Source of the DNA: Spirochaetia bacterium | GTDB lineage: Bacteria > Spirochaetota > Spirochaetia > DSM-27196 > Salinispiraceae | Direction: 5' to 3' | Length of the DNA stretch: 64,000 bases | Assembly: GCA_038204425.1 (NCBI GenBank) | Contig: JBBRCZ010000004.1 | Coordinates: 96,001-160,000 of the forward strand | Shown here: in pieces, positions 38,821 to 49,119 of the stretch | Numbering within the stretch: position 1 is the first letter of the stretch | Layout of the letters: each line of letters starts with the position of its first letter | The notes under the pieces: generated by a model | Databases searched by the model: none | Seen by the model: only the letters and a program-made list of their open reading frames with translations | What the model was told of the DNA's origin: nothing | Made by a program: the position numbers and the translations under genes

Positions 38821-40237
38821 ATTCGCTGAGCTTCCAGCGTGCGATTTGTGTTTCTGCACCAACATCTGGCAATGACTCTAACACTTTCTTAAGAAAGATC
38901 AAACCGGTTTGGGTGCGCCCAGCTTTTAGCAAAGGAAAAGACACAAAAAACTCCGCGAGCGTCCTTTCGTCGCTGGCTTTTGCTGTCTGAATTGAGTTGA
39001 CGATCCATGCCTCGGCACTTGGCTCGATGTAAAAACGCAAAACCGAGTACCATAGTCCGTTCTGTGGCAATTTGGTCATCAGTGAAGATATTTGTTTTTT
39101 TGCCTCTTCGGGACTTTGGCCCTGAAACCAAGCCAAGGCTGCCAACATGAGCATTCGTTCATTTTTCTTGATAGGATCATAAGCTTTGCTAAACAAACTT
39201 GCAGATTTTTGAAACTCAGCAGTTTTATAGTACGCCAATGCTAACGGTTCAAAAGCCGGATAGTAATCTTGCTTAATCAGTAGAACAGCTTCAAAATCCG
39301 CAATAGCCTGCTCTGTTTTTCCCTGTTGCCAATACGATTCGGCTCGATAAGCTTGCGCAATAAAAATGTCTTTATTTAAATCGAGAACTTTTGAAAAATC
39401 GACAATTGCCTCAATGGTTTTGTTGGCGCGAGCTAGAATGCGACCACGATCTAAATAGTGCCAAGCAGAAAGCGGCTCAAGTTCTATCGCTCGTGCAAAG
39501 TCTATGAGTGAATCTGGCACTCTATCCAGCTGCTCTAAGACCTTGGCTCTACCTGACAAAAGAAAAGCCTCATCAGGGTAAAGTTTGAGAGCTTGATCAA
39601 AAACCTTGAGTGCATCTGGCATTTTATCTTGCCTAGCCAGCAGGTTTGCTAAGCCGCTAATTGCAACAAAACCATCCGGGTCACGCTTGAGACTGGCGAC
39701 AAAAGAACGTTCCGCTGCAACGTAATCTTTGGAAGACATTTGACTTTCGCCCAAGAAAGCCAAGGCCAAGGCATGGCTTGAATCAAGGTTAAGAGTTTTT
39801 TGCAGCAGCAACTTGTGTTTGCTTGCATCGCCTTTTTGCAGGGCGATCATGGCCAAACCAAAATATGCTTCACTGTTGGTTTTGTCCAAGCTCACGAGGC
39901 CTTCAAATATTTCTTCTGCTTCTAGGGTTTTACCTGATGCTAAGTAAATATTGGCTTTAATCAAACTAGCGTTGGTACTGTTACCAACTAAGTCGGGGTT
40001 TTTTTCGATATCCGCCAAAGCTTGTTCCAAGTTGCCACTTGCAACTAAACCTTCAAAGGCTTGCACCTGTTCTGTCATGCCATTGTTTAGTGCAACACGT
40101 TGAGCCTCGGTCACGCAGGACATTAAGCCAAAAGCGATCATTGTACCCAATAGCAGGACTGGAATCACAGATCTGCCTTTTGAAGTTGAACTACAAGCCA
40201 AATTACTAAGGGATTGCGAGACATTATTATTATTCAC
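38810..40237 (-). CDS. TPR-repeat lipoprotein
   Basis: Lipobox-like LMSC; many TPR units (e.g. AWHYLDRGRILARANKTIEAIVDFSKVLDL). Confidence 0.8.
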   Translation of the reverse strand: MNNNNVSQSLSNLACSSTSKGRSVIPVLLLGTMIAFGLMSCVTEAQRVALNNGMTEQVQAFEGLVASGNLEQALADIEKNPDLVGNSTNASLIKANIYLASGKTLEAEEIFEGLVSLDKTNSEAYFGLAMIALQKGDASKHKLLLQKTLNLDSSHALALAFLGESQMSSKDYVAAERSFVASLKRDPDGFVAISGLANLLARQDKMPDALKVFDQALKLYPDEAFLLSGRAKVLEQLDRVPDSLIDFARAIELEPLSAWHYLDRGRILARANKTIEAIVDFSKVLDLNKDIFIAQAYRAESYWQQGKTEQAIADFEAVLLIKQDYYPAFEPLALAYYKTAEFQKSASLFSKAYDPIKKNERMLMLAALAWFQGQSPEEAKKQISSLMTKLPQNGLWYSVLRFYIEPSAEAWIVNSIQTAKASDERTLAEFFVSFPLLKAGRTQTGLIFLKKVLESLPDVGAETQIARWKLSEYER

Positions 40238-40312
40238 CTCACCATAATACTTTTAGGCTCTTGCTTGTGCAATATTGCATGATGTGGCAAAAGCCTGTTA
40301 GACTCACCACAA

Positions 40313-42151
40313 ATGCGTCGTAAACTGTCTTTTGTATACATTCCACTTATTTATCTGGTAATCATCTTCGGCTTAGTCTTGCTGCAATTCTCTGGCGGCT
40401 CACTATTTAACAGCCGCTTGGGGCCAATCTCACTTTCCGGCACCTTTGAACTCAAGGGTGGGAACAAAGACAAACAACTCGCCTCAATAACTGTAAACGC
40501 TCAAGGGCTACAATTAATTTTTGACAAAGATCACCCCTTAATTGTGCAGAATATGAACGACTCTGTCTTGGAACTACCTATTCGTTCCTATTCTTCAACT
40601 CAAAATGGATTTTTGCTTGGTTTTGACTTTGATATGCAAATCGAAGTCAGCTACACTGCCAGTCAGCCTGAAGATATACAGATTTCGGTACGTCCAGCTA
40701 ACTCTATGCTTCCACTAAAGGCAGTAATGATTTCGTTTATAGCGCCTAAGGATAGCCTCAAAAGCAATGGACAAACCATGACGGGAATGGAACTTCGTTC
40801 GGGCGCCAATTCCTTTGCATTGACCTTACCCTCCCGAGCATTTATCAACACTGACAAAAAGCAGATAGTTATTCCAGGAGACGGCAACAAAAATCTGCGC
40901 ATAGCAAAAAAACAGAGTACAAGCGGCGACATATTTGAGGACCTAGTCAAAAATCAAGTTGCCAACATAAGTGCGGCAGATTACAGCAAGGCAATTGGGA
41001 CTTATGTTGACGCTTCCTTTAATGGTTGGCGTTCTACACGATACAATTCGGGCAACGGAACCTGGTCATTCAGAGACAGCGAAGGTCGATTTGATGAAGA
41101 AATTCTAGTTGGCCTGCTTTCCGAAGCTTGGGCGAGAAACGACTACGCGCGCGCCTTTAACGATATGCGTTCTGCAGCTGACTTGCACCAAGCAAATTTG
41201 ACTCATCGTTCGTCCGTCTTTCTGGGCAGTTTACGTCGCATTACCAATGAACTTGTAGCCCAAGATCGCGTAGAGTCAAGTCGCCTAAGCGACTTGATCA
41301 ACCAGAAGAACCCTGACGTGTTTTTGAAACCTGGTTTGTTTCAATTTGCAATAGACCGCGGAACCGGCGGACTCTCGGCCAAGGTCTTGCAGTTTGCAGA
41401 GAGTTTGACACTGAGTGAGCTAAGTCCAGTGCAAGCGCTCGGTATCCTCCAAAACATTTACTTGAGCGAACTTCCTGATGACGGACTCTATGTGCAACTT
41501 GAACGATTCAATTCACTAATCAAAGACAAGATACTTAGCAATATTGTTGGTGCCGACGAAGGTTATTTCTTCAAATCTACTGGCAATCGCAGCCAATCAC
41601 TGTACTCAGTTATGGCTGGTCGGGTTCTTGAAAAAGCCGGGGAACGCTTGGCAGACGAACGAATGACTAACCTAGGCAAGATTATGGTTATGTCCATTAT
41701 CAAGCTTGGCGATTCGGTCGGCTATGTGCCAGCAGAATTAGAGTTTTCGGCAGGAAGCATTTCTTCAACGATTAGCTACCTAGGACCTGAGTCGATCTAC
41801 TGGATACTCAATAGTAATCCAAACTTCCCAAGGTACGTTTCGCTCAACCGCCAGCTGGGACCTGGCAACTGGTTTTACACGATAGCCAAGGTTAACACGA
41901 TCAATATCCGACCGGATGAGTACCGATTTAACTTTTCTTATCCAAGAAGCCGAACCCACTTTTTGTTCTTTAAGAGCTTCCCCAACATAGATGCTCAGGT
42001 TGGGCTACAACTCTTTGGCCGTGTATGGAGAAATGCGGGAGACTTTGAAGTCTACTCTAAAGGCCGTTTCTACAACCCAGAAACGAGAACCCTGATGATC
42101 AAGTATTTTGATGACAGCGTCCAAGGCGACTTGGTAATCTTGTACCGATAG
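40313..42151 (+). CDS. Membrane-anchored exported hypothetical protein
   Basis: 612-aa ORF with N-terminal TM; no recognised motif. Confidence 0.75.
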   Translation: MRRKLSFVYIPLIYLVIIFGLVLLQFSGGSLFNSRLGPISLSGTFELKGGNKDKQLASITVNAQGLQLIFDKDHPLIVQNMNDSVLELPIRSYSSTQNGFLLGFDFDMQIEVSYTASQPEDIQISVRPANSMLPLKAVMISFIAPKDSLKSNGQTMTGMELRSGANSFALTLPSRAFINTDKKQIVIPGDGNKNLRIAKKQSTSGDIFEDLVKNQVANISAADYSKAIGTYVDASFNGWRSTRYNSGNGTWSFRDSEGRFDEEILVGLLSEAWARNDYARAFNDMRSAADLHQANLTHRSSVFLGSLRRITNELVAQDRVESSRLSDLINQKNPDVFLKPGLFQFAIDRGTGGLSAKVLQFAESLTLSELSPVQALGILQNIYLSELPDDGLYVQLERFNSLIKDKILSNIVGADEGYFFKSTGNRSQSLYSVMAGRVLEKAGERLADERMTNLGKIMVMSIIKLGDSVGYVPAELEFSAGSISSTISYLGPESIYWILNSNPNFPRYVSLNRQLGPGNWFYTIAKVNTINIRPDEYRFNFSYPRSRTHFLFFKSFPNIDAQVGLQLFGRVWRNAGDFEVYSKGRFYNPETRTLMIKYFDDSVQGDLVILYR

Positions 42152-42160
42152 GAAGAAATA

Positions 42161-42859
42161 GTGCAGTCAGTTTCTAAGATCCTAGCTTTTGAGGGCATCT
42201 CAAACGCTGTTGATATCTATTTTATGCGCCACGGTGAAAGCGCTGGCAACAAAGAAAACTTGGTACAAGGTCATACCGACCTTCCATTGACCGACCTAGG
42301 ACGAAAGCAAGCAGTACGTGCCGGCGCTTGGTTGGCCACCAAAAATATAAGCCATCTTTGTTCCAGCCCCCTAAGCCGAGCGCTTGAGACGGCTCAAATT
42401 GCGAGCTCATTCTTTGGCAATTCCAACTTGACGATTGACGTTTTGGACGGACTCAAAGAAATTGACACCGGAATTTTTTCGGCTCGAACTTTTAAAGAAA
42501 TTGAAGCAAGTCAAGCCCAAGTCTACCACCAGTTTAGGGCTCAAAGCTGGCAGGCAGTCCCCGGTGCCGAAAAAATTGTGGCACTTGAGACTAGGGCCTT
42601 GGAGCACTGGCACTACTTGGTTTCTCATGCAAATGCAGGCCATAAATCTATCCTGAGTGTAAGTCATGGTGGATTCTTGCAATGGCTACTTAGAACGAGC
42701 ATCGGACTTGGTCATGAGTCATGGATGCCACTGTTTCACTTTAACAACTGCGGCGTTTCTCACCTGCATTTGGAAGCGTTGGCAAAAATTGATGACAATC
42801 AACATCCAGGCGTCTTTGCTGAGTGGCGGTTGATAAACTTTGTTGGTTTTTTGCAATAG
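42161..42859 (+). CDS. Histidine phosphatase (PGM-like) family
   Basis: MRHGES, D.PLT..G..QA, SSPLSRALETA, LKEIDTG, VSHGG. Confidence 0.9.
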   Translation: MQSVSKILAFEGISNAVDIYFMRHGESAGNKENLVQGHTDLPLTDLGRKQAVRAGAWLATKNISHLCSSPLSRALETAQIASSFFGNSNLTIDVLDGLKEIDTGIFSARTFKEIEASQAQVYHQFRAQSWQAVPGAEKIVALETRALEHWHYLVSHANAGHKSILSVSHGGFLQWLLRTSIGLGHESWMPLFHFNNCGVSHLHLEALAKIDDNQHPGVFAEWRLINFVGFLQ

Positions 42860-43033
42860 ATTGCGCACCACTTGCCGATTGAGTTTTTTAATGACTTAGT
42901 ATATAGTCTGGCTTCCTGTATAGGTTTAGCCAACCAAGTTTAGTACTAGTACCGTGGAGCGCAATCACACGCGATGAAATTTACCTTGTCAAACAAAGAA
43001 TTGACTCGTTTGTAATTAAGAAAGGAATAGAAT

Positions 43034-43195
43034 ATGTCTAAAGCACACCGAGGAAAAGGTTTGATAAGCACCGTAAATAGCGGCAACGGCCACTGCCCGG
43101 CTTGCGGAAAAACTCGCATTAAGGTTCTCTACGACAAAGTAGCTGCAGACGGCACCAAGGCCAAAGTCTGTAAAATTTGTAGCAAGAAAAAGTAA
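43034..43195 (+). CDS. Small basic Zn-ribbon protein (53 aa), possible ribosomal protein
   Basis: Below ORF-track cutoff: MSKAHRGKGLISTVNSGNGHCPACGKTRIKVLYDKVAADGTKAKVCKICSKKK; SD AAAGGA; terminator downstream. Confidence 0.85.
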   Translation: MSKAHRGKGLISTVNSGNGHCPACGKTRIKVLYDKVAADGTKAKVCKICSKKK

Positions 43196-43228
43196 TTTTC
43201 TGAGTAGTTCAAACACTAGTTTAGAAAC

Positions 43229-43260
43229 AAGCCCTCGGCAGATATCCGTAGGGCTTTTTT
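43229..43260 (+). terminator. Rho-independent terminator
   Basis: AAGCCCTCGG-CAGATAT-CCGTAGGGC-T6. Confidence 0.7.
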
Positions 43261-44623
43261 AGTTTAGAGGCATGAGGTAGATTCGTGACTTACGGTCTAA
43301 GTTGTAGTGTTGCTTTTTTGTTTCTGGCAATGAATCAAGATCGTCTTGCTTAAAGCCAAGCAATTCAAAAAAATCACCAGTCTGAGTGGTCAATAGAAAA
43401 ACTTGGTCAAAGTTTTCTAGTTGAGCCTTTTCAACCAAAAATCTAACCATTTTTTGCCCAGCACCCAAGTATGCAAACGCTGGATCGACAGCCAAACCGG
43501 CTATCTCGGCCTGACCTTCTGGGTAGGCATGTAAGGCAGCACAGCCTCTTATGGTTCCGTCCGTTTCGTAGACGACAAAGTCCTTGTACATGCTAAGCAG
43601 ATCGTTTTCATCGCGGCGTACGAGAATGCCTTTTTCGATATTGGGCTCCATTATACGTAGAACTTCTGGAATGTCTCCAGAACGCATCGGTCGAATGCTG
43701 TCAAAGGGATCAGCATGTACCATGGTTCCCATGCCAATCGTTGAGAATATCTCCTTGAGGACCACGCCATCAAGACGACCATTAAGCAAGTGGATTCGCT
43801 CCACGCCGTTTCTTGCTGCATGAGCCGCCAAACGCACAAGTTCCATTGCCAGTTCTTCGCCATTCCAGCGGACGTCCTGATTGGGAACACTTGGCTTATT
43901 TAGGACAAGGAACTGGTCCGCTGCTGGTGCGCTCAATCGGGTTATCAAACCATCACGGGTCACTAAGCCTTCGGCCGGAGTTTGATGATTTTCACTGCGC
44001 AACTCTAGACCATCGGAGACGAAGAAGAGCTTCTCGGCCTGTACTTGTTCTGCTAGCAACGATGCCAACTCAAGACTAGAAATATTGTAGGGTTTTCCCG
44101 AACCCGACCACCCAATACATGGGAGAATAGGTACCAAATTGTCTTCCAAAACTCTATCGAGCAGGTTGAGGTTAACTCGATAAACTGATCCGGTACCCTG
44201 AAAATCGACACCATTGTTGACACCTATCGACCTGGCCCTAACCCAGTTTCCGATGACGGCATCTACTTGTTGACTTGCAAGCTGGGTCATAACCATGTTT
44301 GCCATGTCGAATGCGGCCATTTTGATCAAGGGCATGGCCTCATAACTGGACACTCGCACACCATTAATACGTTGAGTTTCAACACCATAGCGTTCTAGTA
44401 CATCATCGATTCTTTTGCCTGCGCCCGGAACCAATATTATTTTGATACCTGCTTTGTGCAGGATAGATAAATCTCTTACCAGGGCTGGAAATCGAGAATC
44501 TTCAATAATGTGTGAGCCTATCTGAAAGACAAATCGCTTGCCTTTAAACCGATGAGCATACATAAAAACTTCGCGTATCAGGTCCACTTGTCCTTGCATC
44601 GGGTCGTCGTTCACGATTGCCAC
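43259..44623 (-). CDS. argA: Amino-acid N-acetyltransferase (N-acetylglutamate synthase)
   Basis: AAK-like N-domain (GKRFV, GVDFQGTGSV, EIFSTIGMGTMV) plus GNAT C-domain (GCAAL, AEIAGLAV, LLTTQT.DFF). Confidence 0.9.
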   Translation of the reverse strand: MAIVNDDPMQGQVDLIREVFMYAHRFKGKRFVFQIGSHIIEDSRFPALVRDLSILHKAGIKIILVPGAGKRIDDVLERYGVETQRINGVRVSSYEAMPLIKMAAFDMANMVMTQLASQQVDAVIGNWVRARSIGVNNGVDFQGTGSVYRVNLNLLDRVLEDNLVPILPCIGWSGSGKPYNISSLELASLLAEQVQAEKLFFVSDGLELRSENHQTPAEGLVTRDGLITRLSAPAADQFLVLNKPSVPNQDVRWNGEELAMELVRLAAHAARNGVERIHLLNGRLDGVVLKEIFSTIGMGTMVHADPFDSIRPMRSGDIPEVLRIMEPNIEKGILVRRDENDLLSMYKDFVVYETDGTIRGCAALHAYPEGQAEIAGLAVDPAFAYLGAGQKMVRFLVEKAQLENFDQVFLLTTQTGDFFELLGFKQDDLDSLPETKKQHYNLDRKSRIYLMPLN

Positions 44624-44642
44624 CCTTATCCTTCCAGTCCAA

Positions 44643-45647
44643 TCATTGGTAGTTAATGTACATAGGTCGCGGGTTAATCTTCAAAACGTCCTCAGGACTC
44701 ATAAGCGGTTTATCAAAACCAAGGGTCTTCCAAGATTTTGGGTAAAAAAGTTTAAAGCCCTTAAGCGGCATATTGGTGGCGTTAGCAATATAACGATACG
44801 TGTCCATTTTGAGTTGGGGTGCTCCAAAGCCGTCGGCGTTGTGGACCAAGTCAACTCTGTCAAAAATGTCAGTGACGCGGTCGCGGTTTGCAATCATTCT
44901 ATGGTGAAACTGATGAACAATAAACATTCGCCTTTGTTCAAGACCTTCTTTGACCATGTAATCCTGAATCAGTTTTTGGGCCAAGTTTACGTCTTCGGCA
45001 CTAATGCTTCCGATTTCTTTTCCGGGGTTTAACGTCTTCCACTCTGGATCAATGGCTAAATGGACGTTGGAATACTTGAGCCAAGGCAGCATTCTTTTTA
45101 CGCTATCTGCAACCGAATAACGGCCAAGCTGGTGATCAAGAATTACGATCATATTGTTTGCTGTGGCATATTCAACATACGCAAGAATCTTACTGTCTGA
45201 CAAAAAACCGAGATTGGCATCTGCCCAAACGGTAGCATAAATCAGGTGAAAAGCTCCAATTACGCCTTCGTCACCGTTTATTGCGTCATAAACGTCAATT
45301 TTTGCCTTTAAAAGTTTGCCCGTCTCCTCAATACTTTGTTCTCCCAAAATGCCCATTCTTTTGGAATAGGGGCTTCCATAGAAACCAACAATAATGTTCT
45401 TACTTAGCAAACTTGGGTAAGGACTATCCTTGGGTCGTGAAGCTACCACAATTCCAGTTTTGAAATTGACTACGCTTTCTTTGCCTGCACTTGCTGCTCG
45501 AGGCAGGGGTTGACGCTGCTGCAAAATCGTTGCAATCGGGCTTCTTAGAACACCATGTTCGTCAAAGTGGTCGGGGTCAAGTGCCGCAAGTTCAAAACAA
45601 ATTCCAATCAAGGCCAAAACAGTAAAAAAAACGATTCTTGATATCAC
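44643..45647 (-). CDS. Exported conserved hypothetical protein
   Basis: Signal peptide; FYGSP..KRMGILG, ILDHQLG, HLAIDPEW, IVHQF, ADGFG, GFKLFY; GTG 45647 after GGAG. Confidence 0.75.
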   Translation of the reverse strand: MISRIVFFTVLALIGICFELAALDPDHFDEHGVLRSPIATILQQRQPLPRAASAGKESVVNFKTGIVVASRPKDSPYPSLLSKNIIVGFYGSPYSKRMGILGEQSIEETGKLLKAKIDVYDAINGDEGVIGAFHLIYATVWADANLGFLSDSKILAYVEYATANNMIVILDHQLGRYSVADSVKRMLPWLKYSNVHLAIDPEWKTLNPGKEIGSISAEDVNLAQKLIQDYMVKEGLEQRRMFIVHQFHHRMIANRDRVTDIFDRVDLVHNADGFGAPQLKMDTYRYIANATNMPLKGFKLFYPKSWKTLGFDKPLMSPEDVLKINPRPMYINYQ

Positions 45648-45738
45648 CAGGTGCTCCAAATTTTTAATCTTTATTCAGTCTATCATCGGCAATTATGACG
45701 ACTTGTAAAGTGCCATTGCTTCCCCTATAGTGAAGCAG

Positions 45739-46404
45739 ATGAATAAATTGGTAGTTACGCGCTTAACCATCTCAAAAAACCCGCTCTTGCCTTATCTTTG
45801 TTTATTTCTTGCCATAGTTTCACTTTTCTCGTGCACCAACAATAATCCCGATCCGCGGGAAATTGAGGACAAGATCCGGACCATCTTACAACTCGAAACC
45901 GCAGAATTTGTCTACCGAGACCTCGTCTACACTTCTACTAGAGATGAGTTTTTAGGTCTCGTTACCAAGGACACGCGGTCGCTGGTAGAAATAAAACTAC
46001 GAGTGATAGCTGGTATCGATGTTCAACAAGGCCTTAAAGTTTCCCTTGGCGCCGATGAAGCAGGCCAAAAAAAGTTGACAGTGACCCTGCCTAGAGCTCG
46101 CATTTTAGTCGTTGATGCTGATGAATCGAGCATTAAACAGTTCCTTTTGCAAGAGTTTGCGCTCTTGGAGCGAGGCCGCGTTTCACTGCTTCAGTTTACC
46201 GACCAGTTGGACAAGAACAAAACACAAGCAAGAACCGATGCTATCAGGCGGGGGATACTTGAGAAAGCGGAAACTAACGCTCGAACAATTGTAAAAAACT
46301 TACTGAGACTTAGCACGGACGCAGAGCCGGTGATTCAATTCTCTGACAAACTTGTGCTCGAATCGACCAGCACAACAACTATCATTCAAGAGATAAAATT
46401 ATGA
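45739..46404 (+). CDS. DUF4230 family lipoprotein
   Basis: LFSC lipobox; LETAEFVYRD, V.AGID, VTLP.A.IL, GILEKAETNA. Confidence 0.75.
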   Translation: MNKLVVTRLTISKNPLLPYLCLFLAIVSLFSCTNNNPDPREIEDKIRTILQLETAEFVYRDLVYTSTRDEFLGLVTKDTRSLVEIKLRVIAGIDVQQGLKVSLGADEAGQKKLTVTLPRARILVVDADESSIKQFLLQEFALLERGRVSLLQFTDQLDKNKTQARTDAIRRGILEKAETNARTIVKNLLRLSTDAEPVIQFSDKLVLESTSTTTIIQEIKL

Positions 46405-47198
46405 GCAATGACAAAGAAGCCCAAGAATCAGAAAAGCGAAGATCCAGATTCTGGCCAGTTTTTCGATTTCTTTTGCCGTATGTCCTTGTTGGCACCGCAA
46501 TCCTAAGCATAGCTTTACTGTTCTTACCGGTTTTTGGTAAACCACTATTGAGCTTGGTGACTAGAACCGAAAGTAACGTTTCCGAAATCGCGCTTGAGGA
46601 AATGAAGGATATCTATCGCTTTTCGACTATCGAATATTTCTACCGCGTTGTTTTTCCCTATGATTTACTCGATCAGAGCGTTTCGCAACTAGGACTATTG
46701 CAAAAGCTAAGGCGAAACGTAAATAAGCAGTACTCGAGTTACCTGACCGAGAAAGAGTTGGAGTATCTGAGAGTATTCAAAATTGCCAAAGACTACTCTT
46801 TAAACCTCGGTGCGCCTGACTACCATTTTTTGGTGGCTACGGTAATTCTGCGAGCCGGTTTTCCACTTGATGGTCTGAGCGACAACGACAGCACTTCGTT
46901 TATTAGTTCTGAATCATTGAAAACAGATAACAAGACAATACTCACGGCTAGCGTCAAGCTACCACAGGCACTTATCTTGGATAAGCGCGTAGAAGACCCG
47001 CTGCGCAGCGAGTACCCTTTTCCGGATGTTCCAATAACTCCACAGGGTTGGAGAGATATTTCAGCTCTTTTGCTTGCTCATGCCGAAAAGAAGGCGCTTG
47101 AGGAGGGCATATTAAGCCTTGCCGAGGACAATGCCAAAAGTTTTTTTGATAAACTTTTAAAGAGCGCAGGCTACCAAAGCGTCGTCTTTACCAAATAA
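46401..47198 (+). CDS. DUF4230-like membrane protein
   Basis: TM; FSTIEYFYR, LRAGF, VKLPQALIL, GILSLAEDNA..FF..LL..AGY..V.F; ATGA-coupled. Confidence 0.7.
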   Translation: MSNDKEAQESEKRRSRFWPVFRFLLPYVLVGTAILSIALLFLPVFGKPLLSLVTRTESNVSEIALEEMKDIYRFSTIEYFYRVVFPYDLLDQSVSQLGLLQKLRRNVNKQYSSYLTEKELEYLRVFKIAKDYSLNLGAPDYHFLVATVILRAGFPLDGLSDNDSTSFISSESLKTDNKTILTASVKLPQALILDKRVEDPLRSEYPFPDVPITPQGWRDISALLLAHAEKKALEEGILSLAEDNAKSFFDKLLKSAGYQSVVFTK

Positions 47199-47305
47199 CA
47201 GCGTCCTGATAGTTTGTTTTTGTATAGAAAGGGCAAAGAATAGCTTTACCATGCCTTTAATATTGAGTATACTATATATAGTTTTTTATATACAAGGAAG
47301 AAAAT

Positions 47306-47659
47306 ATGTCTGAGAAACTTACCAAAGCTGATTTTATTGCCAAAGTTTTCGATTTTGAAAAGAGCCAAGAATGGAACTATCTCGGTGATGTTCCAGCTAT
47401 CGTTGACTTTTACGCCGATTGGTGTGGACCTTGCAAAATGGTAGCACCGATACTTGAAGAAATTTCCAAAGAATACGACGGAAAGCTAAAAGTATACAAA
47501 ATTGATACCGATGCAGAGCCGGAACTTGCTTCGGCGTTTGGAATCCAGAGTATTCCAAGCTTGCTTTTTATTCCACTCAAAGACAAACCACAAATGTCGG
47601 CTGGTGCTCTACCCAAGCCGGGGCTACTAAAGGCCATCAAGGAAATTCTGAAGGTCTAG
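47306..47659 (+). CDS. trxA: Thioredoxin
   Basis: DFYADWCGPCK, IQSIPSL. Confidence 0.95.
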   Translation: MSEKLTKADFIAKVFDFEKSQEWNYLGDVPAIVDFYADWCGPCKMVAPILEEISKEYDGKLKVYKIDTDAEPELASAFGIQSIPSLLFIPLKDKPQMSAGALPKPGLLKAIKEILKV

Positions 47660-47782
47660 TCCTCTGCTTGGCATTGACCATCGGTTTTGGAATAGACTAG
47701 CCGTCTTGGACTCGCTTGTCTATTCCAAGAGCTGGTTGCAACACTTGTTCTCTTTGCCACACTGGATTAGACTAAAATATCA

Positions 47783-49081
47783 ATGGAAACGACACTAACA
47801 ACGCTGGTACTCTTGCTTGTTGGCTCAGCTTTTTTTTCGGCTTGTGAAACTGCCTTTACCAGCTTGAGCCTCATGCAGATCAAAGAAATTCAAAAGAAAC
47901 GACCCAAACGCGGTAAGCAAATTGAAGTTATGTACCATACTCCGGAAAGAGTAATTACCACCTTACTAATTGGGAACAACGTCGTTAACACTTCAATCTC
48001 AGTTCTGACGACAGAGTTTGCGATTCAAGCCTTTGGAGACACCAATCTTGGTATTGTGACCGGCATCATCACTATGATCATCTTGGTCTTTGGCGAAGTG
48101 ACTCCCAAGCAACTGGCAATTAAGGGCAATAAATTCTTGATCACACACAGCTACCCTTTTATTCGACTGCTGATGTTTATCTTCTTTCCGTTAAACTTAT
48201 TCTTGGGTCTAATCACGGTACTCCTAAATCTTGGCAAAAAGAACAAAGCCAGATCAAACATTACCGCCGAAGGAATTCTCTACCTAATCGATCATGCTGA
48301 AGACATCGGCGTCTTGGACGACACCAAAACAAAGATGGTACGTAGTGCGTTTAGATTTTCGGATGTCACCAGCCACGCGGTTATGACTCACAGAACCCAT
48401 GTTTTTAGTTTTGCCTATAACCTTAGCATCAACGAAGTTGTCGACAAGATAATCCAGACTGGCTACGCTCGAATTCCTGTCTACAAGGATCACCCAGAAA
48501 ATGTTTGTGGCATCGTCCTTGAGAAAGAAGTGATACGCCAATACCACCTTGGACGGGGAGAGATCGCCCTAAAAGATCTGATGGTAAGCCCGGTTTTTGT
48601 ACAGGAAAATTGGCGCATTCAACGAGTCTTTGCTCTTCTCAAGCACTCGCGAATTCACATGGCTATCGTCTTGGACGAATACGGTGGTTTGGCAGGAATT
48701 TTGACCATAAATGATTTGGTCGAGCAATTTATTGGCGAATTATCTGACGAGGGCGACCTACCACAGAAAACCAATATAGATCGAATTGTCTATGTACCGG
48801 AATTACACGCTTGGCGAGTAGATGCAGATATTTCTATCTATCAGTTTGCTCAAGAATTGGAACTAGAGGAACCGAGTGAAGTTGAGCATTCATCTATCGC
48901 TGGCTACCTTGAGTCTATCACAGGACATATTGCGGAACCTGGAGAAACCATACACACCCCACTTGGAACGTTTATGGTAGAAGAATCGACCCGCACGGTA
49001 ATAAAAAAAGTGCGCTTTCTTGCCGAGCAGAAACATTCTGAAAAAGATAGCCCAGAAACAGATGCCAAAGAGACACAATGA
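47783..49081 (+). CDS. CNNM/CorC (hemolysin-family) Mg/Co transport-associated protein (DUF21-CBS-CorC)
   Basis: SAFFSACETA, LIGNNVVN, FGEVTPK, YARIPVY, HMAIVLDEYGG. Confidence 0.9.
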   Translation: METTLTTLVLLLVGSAFFSACETAFTSLSLMQIKEIQKKRPKRGKQIEVMYHTPERVITTLLIGNNVVNTSISVLTTEFAIQAFGDTNLGIVTGIITMIILVFGEVTPKQLAIKGNKFLITHSYPFIRLLMFIFFPLNLFLGLITVLLNLGKKNKARSNITAEGILYLIDHAEDIGVLDDTKTKMVRSAFRFSDVTSHAVMTHRTHVFSFAYNLSINEVVDKIIQTGYARIPVYKDHPENVCGIVLEKEVIRQYHLGRGEIALKDLMVSPVFVQENWRIQRVFALLKHSRIHMAIVLDEYGGLAGILTINDLVEQFIGELSDEGDLPQKTNIDRIVYVPELHAWRVDADISIYQFAQELELEEPSEVEHSSIAGYLESITGHIAEPGETIHTPLGTFMVEESTRTVIKKVRFLAEQKHSEKDSPETDAKETQ

Positions 49082-49119
49082 TTGACGGCTAAACCCCGCT
49101 GACGGTAGTATCCCTGTCT

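Noticed and set aside
43016..43216. Minus-strand 66-aa ORF
   Set aside because: Shadow of the plus-strand Zn-ribbon gene, which has an SD and terminator
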